Assembly: GCA_035541435.1 (NCBI GenBank)
Contig: DATKNL010000010.1
Location: forward strand, 30,250 to 94,249
DNA: 64,000 nt
Direction of reading: 5' to 3'
DNA from: Minisyncoccota bacterium
GTDB taxonomy: Bacteria > Patescibacteriota > Minisyncoccia > UBA6257 > 2-01-FULL-56-20
Position numbers and translations under genes: made by a program. This document shows positions 25,576 through 34,889 of this stretch, piece by piece. The notes below the pieces were generated by a model that saw only the letters and a list, made by a program, of their open reading frames with translations, was not told where the DNA came from and made no database searches. How positions within the stretch are numbered: position 1 is the stretch's first letter; each line of letters opens with the position of its first letter.

Positions 25576-26922
25576 TCACAATTCCACGCTTTCGCCTGTT
25601 TTTGGCGCTTCGGCCGCAACGTTGAACTCTTCCGTGATCTTTGCCGCGAGCGTCGCGCTCGACTGCGGCTCGCCCTGAACGACGAACACCTTTTTCAGGG
25701 TGGTTTTCATGTGCCCGACCCATGAGAGAAGCCGGGGCTGGTCCGCGTGCGCCGAATAGCCCGGGATATTCACCTTGCGGCACCGGACCGGAATGGTCTC
25801 ACCAAAGATTTTCACCTCGTGGGCACCCTCAAGAAGGGTCCTGCCGAGCGAACCCTGGGCCTGATAGCCGACGAAGATGATTTCGCTCTTCGGATCGGAA
25901 AGATAGCGCTGTTCGTGATGCAGGATGCGCCCGCCGTTCGACATGCCCGAACCCGCGATGATGATCTTCGGCGGCGGGACGTCGTTGATCTCCTTCGACT
26001 GCTCGGTCGTGAGGGTGAGCCGCAACCCGGGAAAGTTCAGGATGTCGTCGCCTGATGCGGCGATGTGCCGCGTTTCCTGATTGAAGTAGTTTTCGTGCTT
26101 CTTATAGACGGCCGTCAGCTTGATCGCAAGCGGGCTGTCGATGAAGACGGGCACGCGCGGGATCCGCTTTTCTTCGAAAAGCTGATGAAGATGATACAGG
26201 AGCTCCTGGGTGCGTTCCATCGCGAACGTCGGGATCATCAGCACGCCGCCGGCCTTCACGGTGTCGTCAACCGCCCGTTCAAGCATCTCGCGACGCTGAT
26301 CGACGTTCTTATGGACGCGGTCCCCGTAGGTCGACTCGATGATGCAGTAATCGGCGGCATCGAGCGTTTCGGTCGGCTTGATGATCGGCGCGGGCGAATT
26401 GCCGAGGTCCCCCGAAAACACGACCGTCTTGCCCTCGGCCTGGACGCGCACGATGGCGGAACCGAGGATGTGCCCCGCGTCGAACAGGTCGACGGCGAAT
26501 TCGCCGACGGACACCCGCTCGTGATAATCGAGACCGCGCCACCGGCTCATGACGTGTTCGATGTCCTGGTCGCCATAGAGCGGCTCGCGGTGCTCGCGCT
26601 CAGCCTCCTTCGAAAGCAGGTGCTCCGAATCAAGCAGCATGAGTTCCGCGAAATCACGAGTCGCCCCGGTGGAATAGATTGTCCCCTTGAATCCGGCCTT
26701 GACGAGACTCGGCAGGCGGCCGATATGGTCGAGATGCGAATGCGTTATGAAAACGGCGTCGACCTGCTCGACGGGATAGGGAAAGGGATCGAAGTTCTCC
26801 CGTTCGGCATAATGGCTTCCCTGGTGAAGGCCGCAATCCACCATGATCTTCGTCCCGCCCGCCTCTAGTATGTAATTCGCCCCAGTCGCCTCGCCGGTGC
26901 CTCCATAAAAGGTAAGTTTCAT
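25576..26922 (-). CDS. MBL-fold beta-CASP family hydrolase (RNA-metabolising metallo-beta-lactamase)
   Basis: 448 aa. HSHLDHIG zinc motif (motif 2), downstream D and H motifs (GHILGSA, PGYSAHAD). Overall layout is that of beta-CASP ribonucleases. Confidence 0.75.
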   Translation of the reverse strand: MKLTFYGGTGEATGANYILEAGGTKIMVDCGLHQGSHYAERENFDPFPYPVEQVDAVFITHSHLDHIGRLPSLVKAGFKGTIYSTGATRDFAELMLLDSEHLLSKEAEREHREPLYGDQDIEHVMSRWRGLDYHERVSVGEFAVDLFDAGHILGSAIVRVQAEGKTVVFSGDLGNSPAPIIKPTETLDAADYCIIESTYGDRVHKNVDQRREMLERAVDDTVKAGGVLMIPTFAMERTQELLYHLHQLFEEKRIPRVPVFIDSPLAIKLTAVYKKHENYFNQETRHIAASGDDILNFPGLRLTLTTEQSKEINDVPPPKIIIAGSGMSNGGRILHHEQRYLSDPKSEIIFVGYQAQGSLGRTLLEGAHEVKIFGETIPVRCRKVNIPGYSAHADQPRLLSWVGHMKTTLKKVFVVQGEPQSSATLAAKITEEFNVAAEAPKTGESVEL

Positions 26923-26956
26923 ATCCTTCTATTATAAGGGGTCGGCCGACAGATCC

Positions 26957-28255
26957 TCAATTCGCCCGGCCGGCCCTCCTCGCAAGCTCCTCCTCGAAGA
27001 CGGCGCTCTCATTCCAGGGCACGCTTGTCCCGTTCGCCCCGTGGATCGATTCCTCGCTCCCTTTGCCGGTCCCGATTACGACATCGCCCTCGCGCATGCC
27101 AGCGACGGCCGCCCTGATTGCCTCGCGACGATCGTCGACCACATGTACCGGCACCTTGCGGGCGCCGTCCATACCGGCAACGATCTCGCGCATGATCGCG
27201 CGGGGATCCTCGTCGTAAGGGTCCTCGTTCGTGACGAAAATCTCATCGCAGTAGCGCGTTGCGATCTCGCCCATCGCCGGGCGCTTCCAGCGGTCCCGGC
27301 CGCCGCCGGCCGAGCTCAACACGCAGATCAGCCGGGGATGCTCATGAAGCGCGTCAGGGACCGGCCGCGCGGCCCGATAGGCGGCTTCGAGCGATTCGGG
27401 CGTATGGGCATAATCGACGACGGCCGTGAAGGCGCCGCGCCGTACGAACTCCATCCTGCCGGGAACACCTCGGAATTCGGCGAGTGCCCGATCGATGGCC
27501 TCCTCTTTTATTCCGCATGCCTTGGCGAGAGCGATGGCCGCCGCAGCGTTTTCTTTGTTGAAGTCACTCAGCACGAACTCCTGTGGGCCGTCCGTCCGCT
27601 CGAAGCTGCGGACCGCGCCCTCGTCGAGGCGCGAATATGAAACCGACCCTTCCTTCATGACGGCCCCGCCGCCGCGCGACGCTCGTTCAAGCGCTTCGCG
27701 ATAAAAATCGTACTCCTTGTCGTCCCGGTTCAGAAAGACCCTGCCGCCGCGGCGCGCGACATATAAGAGGAATTCGAGCTTGGCGGCCCGATAGTTCTCA
27801 TAGGAACCGTGCCAATCGATGTGCTCGGGAGCGAGGTTCGTGAGGGTCGCAAAATCCCATTCGATGAACCGGTGCCGGTGCAGGGCGACGCCCTGCGACG
27901 TGACCTCGACGAGCGCATAGCGGCACCCGGCGCGGCGCGCGCCCGAAAAGAATTTTTGGATGAAACCGCGACCCGGCATGGAATTGCCGGTTCGGTTCTT
28001 GCGCGTCTCGTCGCCGACCTTCACCCGAAGCGACGACAGGAGCGCGGTCCTTTCGCCGCCTGCCTCAAGCATCGCGTTCAGAAGTTCGAGGGTCGTCGTT
28101 TTTCCCTTCGTTCCCGTGACGCCGATCACGATGAGGCCCCGCCCGGGATGCCCGTGCCGCACCGATCCGAGCCACGCCCAGGCATAATGATAAGCGCCAC
28201 GAATGCCCGGCATGCTCGCGACGGCGCCCGAAATGCGTGATTTGAACGACGGCAT
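26957..28255 (-). CDS. murE: Mur ligase family protein, MurE-like (peptidoglycan precursor synthesis)
   Basis: GVTGTKGKTTT P-loop. LVEVTSQGVALHRHRFIEWDFATLTNLAPEHIDWHGSYENYRAAK and DYAHTPESL match Mur ligase central and C-terminal domain motifs. N-terminal domain short or absent. Confidence 0.6.
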   Translation of the reverse strand: MPSFKSRISGAVASMPGIRGAYHYAWAWLGSVRHGHPGRGLIVIGVTGTKGKTTTLELLNAMLEAGGERTALLSSLRVKVGDETRKNRTGNSMPGRGFIQKFFSGARRAGCRYALVEVTSQGVALHRHRFIEWDFATLTNLAPEHIDWHGSYENYRAAKLEFLLYVARRGGRVFLNRDDKEYDFYREALERASRGGGAVMKEGSVSYSRLDEGAVRSFERTDGPQEFVLSDFNKENAAAAIALAKACGIKEEAIDRALAEFRGVPGRMEFVRRGAFTAVVDYAHTPESLEAAYRAARPVPDALHEHPRLICVLSSAGGGRDRWKRPAMGEIATRYCDEIFVTNEDPYDEDPRAIMREIVAGMDGARKVPVHVVDDRREAIRAAVAGMREGDVVIGTGKGSEESIHGANGTSVPWNESAVFEEELARRAGRAN

Positions 28256-28273
28256 GCTGCGTTGTAGCGGCGG

Positions 28274-28852
28274 TTATTTTTTGCTGAGCACGGCGAGCGC
28301 CGCCTTGAGGCGCGCCTCGGTCCCGCTCACGCCGGCGTCGACTTTCTGCAGCGCGGCCCGCGCCTCGTCGCGGCGGTACCCGAGGCTGACGAGCGCCTCG
28401 ACGAGGTCCGCGTCGGTCTGCATCTTCTCGACCACCAGCCCCGACTTCGCCGACTGCACCTTCGTGCGCAGTTCGACGATGACCCGTTCGGCCGTCTTGC
28501 GACCGATGCCCGACGCGCGCGTGAGGAGGTCGGGACGGCCCTCTTTGATGGCAGCCGAAAGCTCGTTGAGCGGCGCAACGTCGAGGATGGAAAGCGCCGA
28601 CTTCGGACCGACGCCCGAAACCGAAATGAGCATTTCAAAAAAGATCAGCTCCTCGTTCGACAGGAAGCCGTACAGGTCGAGGGCGTCCTCGCGCACATAT
28701 AAATGAGTGAAGAACGTCATCTCGCTGCCGATGGGCCGGAGCGATTCGACCGTCCGCTGGCTGGCGAAGATCCTCAATCCAAACCCGCCGACTTCAATAA
28801 CGGCCGTATGGCTCCCCTTGAACGCCAACTTCCCCGTCACGCTTGCAATCAT
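28274..28852 (-). CDS. ruvA: Holliday junction DNA helicase subunit RuvA
   Basis: MIASVTGKL...LISVSGVGPKSALSILD...GIGRKTAERVIVEL HhH motifs; C-terminal domain LVSLGY. Confidence 0.9.
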   Translation of the reverse strand: MIASVTGKLAFKGSHTAVIEVGGFGLRIFASQRTVESLRPIGSEMTFFTHLYVREDALDLYGFLSNEELIFFEMLISVSGVGPKSALSILDVAPLNELSAAIKEGRPDLLTRASGIGRKTAERVIVELRTKVQSAKSGLVVEKMQTDADLVEALVSLGYRRDEARAALQKVDAGVSGTEARLKAALAVLSKK

Positions 28853-28924
28853 GCTGTTATTATACGCCTGCCGAAAAAGAAATGCCCCGCCTGCATGAAG
28901 CAGCGGGGCGCACGATGAATCCGT

Positions 28925-29173
28925 TCAATTGACCTTCTTTTTGGGATCCTCCCAGGGCCGCTTCGAGATGGCTTTCGCCGGATGCGCCGCGGCATAATCC
29001 CACACGAACCGAACCGCCTTCGCGAGACCGCGGTCCCGGCTGAAGGTTTCTTTGAATTCGGCGGTTGAGGTTGCTTCGTCAAAAACAGACCCCGCAATGT
29101 CGCTGCATCGTCTTCGCAGCTCGGTCCAAAAACCGTCGTCTTCCTCGAGAAGCACCGGTTCTCGCTTTTTCAT
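28925..29173 (-). CDS. Hypothetical small protein
   Basis: 82-aa ORF between ruvA and rpsT with no recognisable motif. Confidence 0.35.
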   Translation of the reverse strand: MKKREPVLLEEDDGFWTELRRRCSDIAGSVFDEATSTAEFKETFSRDRGLAKAVRFVWDYAAAHPAKAISKRPWEDPKKKVN

Positions 29174-29245
29174 GCCCTATTCTCCTTGAAAATGGTAAAG
29201 CCGCGGTGATTTTAGCAAAGCGGCGGCCCACTGTCCAGCGGACCC

Positions 29246-29274
29246 TTGTCAAACCGGCCTGGTTCGGCTATGCT
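29246..29274 (+). promoter_or_regulatory. Sigma70-like promoter for rpsT (TTGTCA, 17-nt spacer, TATGCT); transcript predicted to be near-leaderless
   Basis: The -10 element ends 7 nt before ATG 29282. No SD sequence is possible in the space. Confidence 0.4.
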
Positions 29275-29281
29275 AACCCCA

Positions 29282-29539
29282 ATGCCTATCACATCATCCG
29301 CCAAGAAAGCCTTGCGTCAGAACCGCACGCGCCGCGCGCGCAACGTCAAACGGCGCGAGGGCTACAAGAAGCTTGTGGTGAAATATCGCAAGCTCGTGGC
29401 CGCAAAAAGTACCGAGGAAGCCACGAAACTGATGCCACTCGTCTTCAAGGCACTCGACAAAGCCGCAAAGACGAAAGTCATCGAGAAAAACAAGGCGTCC
29501 CGGCTGAAGAGCCGCCTTTCGAAGCTCGTCAAAGCCTAA
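29282..29539 (+). CDS. rpsT: 30S ribosomal protein S20
   Basis: MPITSSAKKALRQNRTRRARN...KNKASRLKSRLSKLVKA matches the bS20 consensus. Track ORF begins at 29246; the start chosen is ATG 29282. Confidence 0.85.
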   Translation: MPITSSAKKALRQNRTRRARNVKRREGYKKLVVKYRKLVAAKSTEEATKLMPLVFKALDKAAKTKVIEKNKASRLKSRLSKLVKA

Positions 29540-29544
29540 AAAAT

Positions 29545-29573
29545 CGCCCGAGCAGGGCGGTTTTTTTATTTCA
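29545..29573. terminator. Rho-independent terminator between convergent rpsT (+) and holA (-)
   Basis: AAAAAATCGCCCGAGCAGGGCGGTTTTTTTATTT: stem CGCCC/GGGCG flanked by an A-run and a T-run, so it can act in both directions. Confidence 0.6.
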
Positions 29574-29588
29574 TAGCTGAGACCGCGC

Positions 29589-30368
29589 CTATCCGAGCGC
29601 GAAATCCACCAGCACTTCTTCGTATTCCAACCGGCCCGACTTGATCGCGACGTCATATTGCGCCACGAGCGGCATCCTGCTGCCGGCCTGTGCTGCGACG
29701 ATGTTGAAGATCTTCGCGGCCGGATCGTTGATCGCGAAAAGCGTCTCGAGGGCCGTCAGGCGGTTGCGGACATCGAATCCCTTCAGTCCCTGGATGAGCG
29801 CCCAGTAATTCGGTGCGGCGGCAAGTCCCATGTCGTCAAGATCGCTTTTTGCGATGACGGCCTTGAACGAGGCGAGCTTGTCGAGTTCGGTTATGACGGC
29901 CCAGGTCTGCCCCTCATAGACCGAGGCAAGGAACGCAGCCGCCGAAGGTTCGAGGACGAGGTCGCGCTTTTTCGCTTCGCCGTTCACGAATTTCACGAAT
30001 TCGGCACCGGCGGGCACTTCGAACTTCTGCGAGAGGACCGGCTCGTCGAGAAGGAACGCAAGCGCCTTTAGGGGCTTGTCCCGTTCCGCCACGAGCACCT
30101 GCAGTCCCTTCGCCGCAACGACCGGCTTCAGAGCCTCTTTCAGTTTTTCGGGCTGCGCCTCGAAGGCGTTCTCGATCACCGCGAGTTTCGCCGTCTCAAA
30201 CATCGGCTGATTGCGGACGAACGCGCCGAACGAATCGAACGCGTCCTTCGACGCGAGATCGAAAAAGCCCAGCCCCAGATCGGAGCGCTTCTTTCGGAAC
30301 TCCGCGATGATGTCCTTTTTCTTCTGTTCGCGCCGGTAGTCGTCCGGCCCGTAAAGGAAGATGATCAT
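29589..30368 (-). CDS. holA: DNA polymerase III delta subunit-like (HolA), compact form
   Basis: N-terminus MIIFLYGPDDYRREQKKKDIIAEFRKK is typical of HolA. Length is 259 aa. Assignment by motif only. Confidence 0.5.
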   Translation of the reverse strand: MIIFLYGPDDYRREQKKKDIIAEFRKKRSDLGLGFFDLASKDAFDSFGAFVRNQPMFETAKLAVIENAFEAQPEKLKEALKPVVAAKGLQVLVAERDKPLKALAFLLDEPVLSQKFEVPAGAEFVKFVNGEAKKRDLVLEPSAAAFLASVYEGQTWAVITELDKLASFKAVIAKSDLDDMGLAAAPNYWALIQGLKGFDVRNRLTALETLFAINDPAAKIFNIVAAQAGSRMPLVAQYDVAIKSGRLEYEEVLVDFALG

Positions 30369-30390
30369 GAAAAAATCCGCGGCGCGCCGA

Positions 30391-32097
30391 TTACCTGCGC
30401 GCGAACGCCTTGCCGAAAATCGCGACGCCGGCCTTCGCTGAAACCGATGCGCGCGCCGACGCCGCCTTCATGAACTCGCGGAACAGCGGATTCGGCTTCA
30501 AGGGGTGCGAGGTGAATTCGGGATGGAACTGCGACCCCATGAAAAACGGGTGGCTTTCGCGGGGCAGCTCCATGACCTCCATAAGGCGCCGGTCGGGCGA
30601 CCGGCCCGAGAACGTCATGCCGGATTTTTCGATTTTTTTAATGAATGCGGGGTTAACCTCATAGCGATGCCTGTGGCGTTCCGAGATGCGGGTCGTGCCA
30701 TAGGCGGCTTCTGCCATGGTCCCTTTGGCAAGCACCGCCGGATAGGCCCCCAGGCGCATGGTTCCCCCGTAATTCCTGTCTTCCATAAGCTTTTTCTGCT
30801 CGGGGAGGATGTCGATTACCGGGAACCTGGTCTTCGGATCGATTTCGGTCGTGTTGGCGCCCTTCATCTTGAGCACGTTGCGGGCGAATTCGACGACGGC
30901 AAGCTGCATGCCGTAGCAGAGGCCGAGATACGGAATCTTGTTTTCGCGGCAATACCGGATCGCGTTCAGTTTGCCCTCGACGCCGCGGGCGCCGAAGCCG
31001 CCGGGCACGATGACGCCGTCGAGCTGCTCGAGATCCCGCAGGGACGCGGTGCTCCGTTCGAACTCCTCGGAATCAAGCCACCGGATTTCGGGACGCACGC
31101 CCCAATAGGATGCCGCGTGTTTGATCGATTCGATGACCGAGATATAGGAATCGGCGAGGATGAACTTTCCCGTCGAGAAATATTTCCCCACGATGCCGAT
31201 CTTCACGGTCTCGCGCGCGTTGCGGATGCGGTCGGCGAGCACGCGCCATTCCTTGAGGTCCTTCTTCGGCGGACGGATCTTGAGCTTCTCGAGGACCGAG
31301 TTGCCGAGGTTGTCCTTTTCGAAATTGATCGGCACGTCGTACAGGCTCGCGGCGTCCGGCGCCGAAATCACGTCCTTCGCGCGCAGGCTGCAGTTGAACG
31401 CGATCTTCTCCTTTCGCTTTTCGTCGAGCGCATATTTTGCGCGCGCAAGGATGATGTCGGGTTGCAGGCCGACCGAGTTCAGGGCCCGCACCGCATGCTG
31501 CGTCGGCTTGGTCTTCAGCTCGTTCTCGTCGCTCACGATCGGCAGATGGCTCACGAGGATGAGCGCGATGTCCTCGGGATGCTTGATGCGCATCATGCGG
31601 ACCGCCTCGAGGAACAGGATGTTCTCATATTCGCCCACCGTTCCGCCGATCTCGATCATCGTGACGTCGGCTTTCGAAAGCGCCGCCGCGTTCTCGATCC
31701 GTCGGATCACCTCGAGCGGGATGTAGGGCACGACGCTCACCGATCGGCCGCCATATCCCATGCCGCGCTCGCGTTCGATGACGGTCTTATAGATGCTGCC
31801 GGTCGTCATATAGTTCGCCGCCGAGAGGTTGCGGTCCAGGAACCGCTCATAGTTGCCCATGTCCTGGTCGCATTCCGTTCCGTCGTTCAAAACAAAAACC
31901 TCACCGTGCTCGGTGGGGTTCATCGTGCCCGCATCCACGTTCACATAGGGATCGATTTTGATCGCGGTGACCTCGAAACCGCGGGACTGGAGGATCTTGC
32001 CGATCGACGCCGATGCGATCCCCTTGCCGACGCCCGACATGACGCCTCCGACAACGAAAACGTATTTGCGGTTTCGGCGGGGCTTCTTCATCCACAT
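30391..32097 (-). CDS. pyrG: CTP synthase
   Basis: KYVFVVGGVMSGVGKGIASASIG N-terminus. C-terminal glutamine amidotransferase domain GLCYGMQLAVVEFARN...GSQFHPEF. Confidence 0.9.
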   Translation of the reverse strand: MWMKKPRRNRKYVFVVGGVMSGVGKGIASASIGKILQSRGFEVTAIKIDPYVNVDAGTMNPTEHGEVFVLNDGTECDQDMGNYERFLDRNLSAANYMTTGSIYKTVIERERGMGYGGRSVSVVPYIPLEVIRRIENAAALSKADVTMIEIGGTVGEYENILFLEAVRMMRIKHPEDIALILVSHLPIVSDENELKTKPTQHAVRALNSVGLQPDIILARAKYALDEKRKEKIAFNCSLRAKDVISAPDAASLYDVPINFEKDNLGNSVLEKLKIRPPKKDLKEWRVLADRIRNARETVKIGIVGKYFSTGKFILADSYISVIESIKHAASYWGVRPEIRWLDSEEFERSTASLRDLEQLDGVIVPGGFGARGVEGKLNAIRYCRENKIPYLGLCYGMQLAVVEFARNVLKMKGANTTEIDPKTRFPVIDILPEQKKLMEDRNYGGTMRLGAYPAVLAKGTMAEAAYGTTRISERHRHRYEVNPAFIKKIEKSGMTFSGRSPDRRLMEVMELPRESHPFFMGSQFHPEFTSHPLKPNPLFREFMKAASARASVSAKAGVAIFGKAFARR

Positions 32098-32121
32098 CAG
32101 TCTACTCCAAACCTGCGCAAC

Positions 32122-33444
32122 TTAAAAGAGGGTTTCGATGCTCACTTCGTGCTTGGGGATGAGGCTCGGGTCCGTCGGGAGGGCGAACGATACCGTCGTG
32201 CCCCGGTTGAGTTCCGATTCGACCCAGATTTCGCCGCCATGGGCCGCGATGATGCTTTTCGTGATGAAGAGGCCGAGCCCCGAACCCTCCGTCTGGAGCT
32301 TCATGGCGTTGTCGGCCCTATAGAACTTGGTAAACAGCTTCTCGACCGACTCCGGCGGGATGCCGATGCCCGTGTCCTTGACCGAAACCACGAGGAACGG
32401 CTTCCCCTGCATGGCGTCGACCTTCACGACGACCTCGCCGTTCTCGACGTTATAGCGGATGGCGTTCTCGAGGATATTCACAAGCGCAAGCGAAAGGCGG
32501 CGGGGGTCTACCATTACCCGGGGAAGGGCCGCCTGGGGGGCGTCGAAATAGATCTTGACCCCCGCCTTGTTGGCGGCGGGCAGCACGTTTGCCAAAACGG
32601 ACTGGATGAACGGCGCCAAGTCGGTCTCTTCGAACTTATAGCCGAACTGCCCGTCTTCCATTTTCGCGATATTGAGCAGGTCTTCGATCCGGCGAAGCAG
32701 GTTCTGCGAGGCCGCGAAGGTGTTGTCGACGATGACCTTGTTGGTTTCGCCGAGCGACGGGTCCGACGCCAGGGTCTGCAGCGCCCAGTTGATGTCCGTA
32801 ACCGGTCCCCGCAGCTGATGCGACGCGACCGTGATGAACTCGCTCCGGGACCTCAGGGCGAGGATCTGGGCCGTCCGGTCGCGGATGATCTTCAGGAATC
32901 CGGCGGCGTTCCCATGGTCGTCGGTCACCGGAGCCGTCGTCACCCTGAACTCGAACTGCGGGTCCGTGAACGAGACGTCGACCACCTGGGGCACGACGTT
33001 CTCCCCCGAACGCGCGATCACGCGGGGGGCAAGCGAGGGGAAGATGACCTGCGTCAGGGTCTTCCATCCGTCCCGCTCGACGTCCTGCGGCGTGAACTTG
33101 TGGCCGAGCGCGTCCTTCGCCGCGATCTTGAACAGGCGCTCGGCAGCGGGATTGAAGAACGTCGCCCGAAAATCCGGGTCGTAGACGATGAGCGCATCCT
33201 CGACGCTCGCAAGGATGCTCTTGAGTTCGCCCCGCTCGACGCTCGTGCCGTGATCGATGGATGCCGCTCGATAGGTCGCGGCGAAAACCAGGATCATGAC
33301 GGCCGCAAGCAGGCCTATCTCGATCCACGAGACAGGAGCGGCGAGAAAGATCGCCGCGATTACGATCGACGCGGCGACGGCCGCAAGAAGCAGCCAGGCG
33401 ACCCTGAACTCAGGCCAGGCGAAGATATTCCTCAGGCTTCCCAT
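32122..33444 (-). CDS. Sensor histidine kinase (2 TM, PAS-like, HisKA, HATPase_c)
   Basis: H-box ASHQLRGPVTDINWAL. N, G1 and G2 boxes NILENAIRYN, VKDTGIGI, GSGLGLFITKSII. No adjacent response regulator. Confidence 0.8.
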   Translation of the reverse strand: MGSLRNIFAWPEFRVAWLLLAAVAASIVIAAIFLAAPVSWIEIGLLAAVMILVFAATYRAASIDHGTSVERGELKSILASVEDALIVYDPDFRATFFNPAAERLFKIAAKDALGHKFTPQDVERDGWKTLTQVIFPSLAPRVIARSGENVVPQVVDVSFTDPQFEFRVTTAPVTDDHGNAAGFLKIIRDRTAQILALRSRSEFITVASHQLRGPVTDINWALQTLASDPSLGETNKVIVDNTFAASQNLLRRIEDLLNIAKMEDGQFGYKFEETDLAPFIQSVLANVLPAANKAGVKIYFDAPQAALPRVMVDPRRLSLALVNILENAIRYNVENGEVVVKVDAMQGKPFLVVSVKDTGIGIPPESVEKLFTKFYRADNAMKLQTEGSGLGLFITKSIIAAHGGEIWVESELNRGTTVSFALPTDPSLIPKHEVSIETLF

Positions 33445-33459
33445 GCCCTAATGATACCA

Positions 33460-34404
33460 TCAGAAAAGTGTGCCCTGGTTGTCGGGCGCCTTCTTTCGCT
33501 TGGGCTCCTTGGGCGGCTTTCGCGTCGGCGTTTCGGGCGTCGATGCCGCGAGAAACCGCTTAAGCAGCGAATCGAACCCCATTTCCATGAAATAATCGGG
33601 CACGCCCGAGGGGTTTTCGGGCGAGGCAAGCTCTTTTAACGATGGCATCGCAACCGGAACGTGCCGTTCAAGCGTCACCAGGGCTTCCGAAAGCTCGGCG
33701 TCTTTTTTAAAGGGGCCATAGCGCGCGGCAAGTTTGGGATCCTCGTGCAGCCGCTCGAACATTGCCTTCACCGTCCCGAACCGCTTGACGAGCTCGAGCG
33801 CGGTCTTCGGACCGATGCCGGGAACGCCCTTGATGTTGTCGGACGTGTCGCCCACGAGGGCCTTATAGTCGATCAGTCGGGACGGCGCGAGGCCGTATTT
33901 CGCGATGACGGCCTGCTCGTCATAGATCGTCGTATCGCTTACGCCCTTGTTGAACGTCTTCACCACCACGCGGTCGCCTTCGACGAGCTGGAGGGTGTCG
34001 CGATCCCCGGTCAGGATCACCACTTGAAGGTCGGGCTCCGTCTTGAACGCTTCGGCAAACGTGGCGATCAGATCGTCCGCCTCATAGCCAGGCACCTCGA
34101 ACGTTTTCACGCCGAACGCCTCGAACAGGTTGTGCGTCTCGATGATCTGCTTCACGAGTTCGTCGGCTGCAGGAGGGCGCTGGGCCTTGTATGCCGCATA
34201 CTGCTTGTCGCGAAAGGTCGGTTCCGGCCGGTCGAACAGCGCAGCGACATAATCGGGTCTCTCTTCGCGCCACAGCTTGATGAGGATGCTCGCGATGCCG
34301 TAGATGGCGCCCGACGGCCGCCCATCGGGCGTCGTGAGCGGCGGCAGCGCGTGAAAGGACCGATGGATGATCGAGTTCGCGTCGATAAGCAGCAGCTTCT
34401 TCAT
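33460..34404 (-). CDS. Standalone 5'-3' exonuclease (Pol I N-terminal/FEN domain, no polymerase domain)
   Basis: Starts MKKLLLIDANSIIHRSFHAL at ATG 34404, giving an ATGA overlap with the tsaE stop. Motifs GYEADDLIATFA, ILTGDRDTLQL, VGDTSDNIKGVPGIGPKTA (H3TH). The track's longer N-terminal extension is a shadow. Confidence 0.85.
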   Translation of the reverse strand: MKKLLLIDANSIIHRSFHALPPLTTPDGRPSGAIYGIASILIKLWREERPDYVAALFDRPEPTFRDKQYAAYKAQRPPAADELVKQIIETHNLFEAFGVKTFEVPGYEADDLIATFAEAFKTEPDLQVVILTGDRDTLQLVEGDRVVVKTFNKGVSDTTIYDEQAVIAKYGLAPSRLIDYKALVGDTSDNIKGVPGIGPKTALELVKRFGTVKAMFERLHEDPKLAARYGPFKKDAELSEALVTLERHVPVAMPSLKELASPENPSGVPDYFMEMGFDSLLKRFLAASTPETPTRKPPKEPKRKKAPDNQGTLF

Positions 34405-34889
34405 GCCGTTCGGTGGCGCGTCGTGATGATGCGCTCGTTTTCCTTCGCGCCGTGGCTGAACGCGATCCATCGCGCGTTCCGCGGAAGCACGCCTTTCAGA
34501 CGTTCCGGCCACTCGACGAATACGATGTTGCCCGGTTCCTCGAGCATGGACCAGAAACCGATGGGTCCGAGATGCCGGCCGTCCTTCTTGCTTGCGGCCT
34601 TGAGGCGATAGGCGTCCATATGGAAAACATTTTTAAAATGCGGGTCCTTCTTCGCGGGAAGACGATAGCGCCTGATGACGACGAAGGTCGGGCTCTGTAC
34701 GCGCTTCCTCACGCCGAAGCCGGAAAGAAATCCCTGGACGAACGTCGTCTTGCCGGATCCGAGCATTCCTTCAAGCGCGAAAACGATCGGAGACGGTTTT
34801 GGGCCCTCCTTGCGTATGGCCCGGGCAAGCGCCTTACCGAAATCCTTCGTCTCCTTCGATGATGAGCTGGTGAATTTTTTTGTCTGCAT
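34401..34889 (-). CDS. tsaE: tRNA t6A37 biosynthesis ATPase TsaE (YjeE)
   Basis: Internal start MQTKKF... at 34889. ALEGMLGSGKTTFVQGF P-loop, DAYRL, IVFVEWPERL. Track ORF 34401..35183 has a spurious N-terminal extension. Confidence 0.8.
   Translation of the reverse strand: MQTKKFTSSSSKETKDFGKALARAIRKEGPKPSPIVFALEGMLGSGKTTFVQGFLSGFGVRKRVQSPTFVVIRRYRLPAKKDPHFKNVFHMDAYRLKAASKKDGRHLGPIGFWSMLEEPGNIVFVEWPERLKGVLPRNARWIAFSHGAKENERIITTRHRTA

Noticed and set aside
30505-33639. Longest ORF in the track (1044 aa, plus strand)
   Set aside because: Arg/Asp/His-rich low-complexity translation lying antisense to three well-supported minus-strand genes (pyrG, histidine kinase, 5'-3' exonuclease). A typical high-GC shadow ORF.
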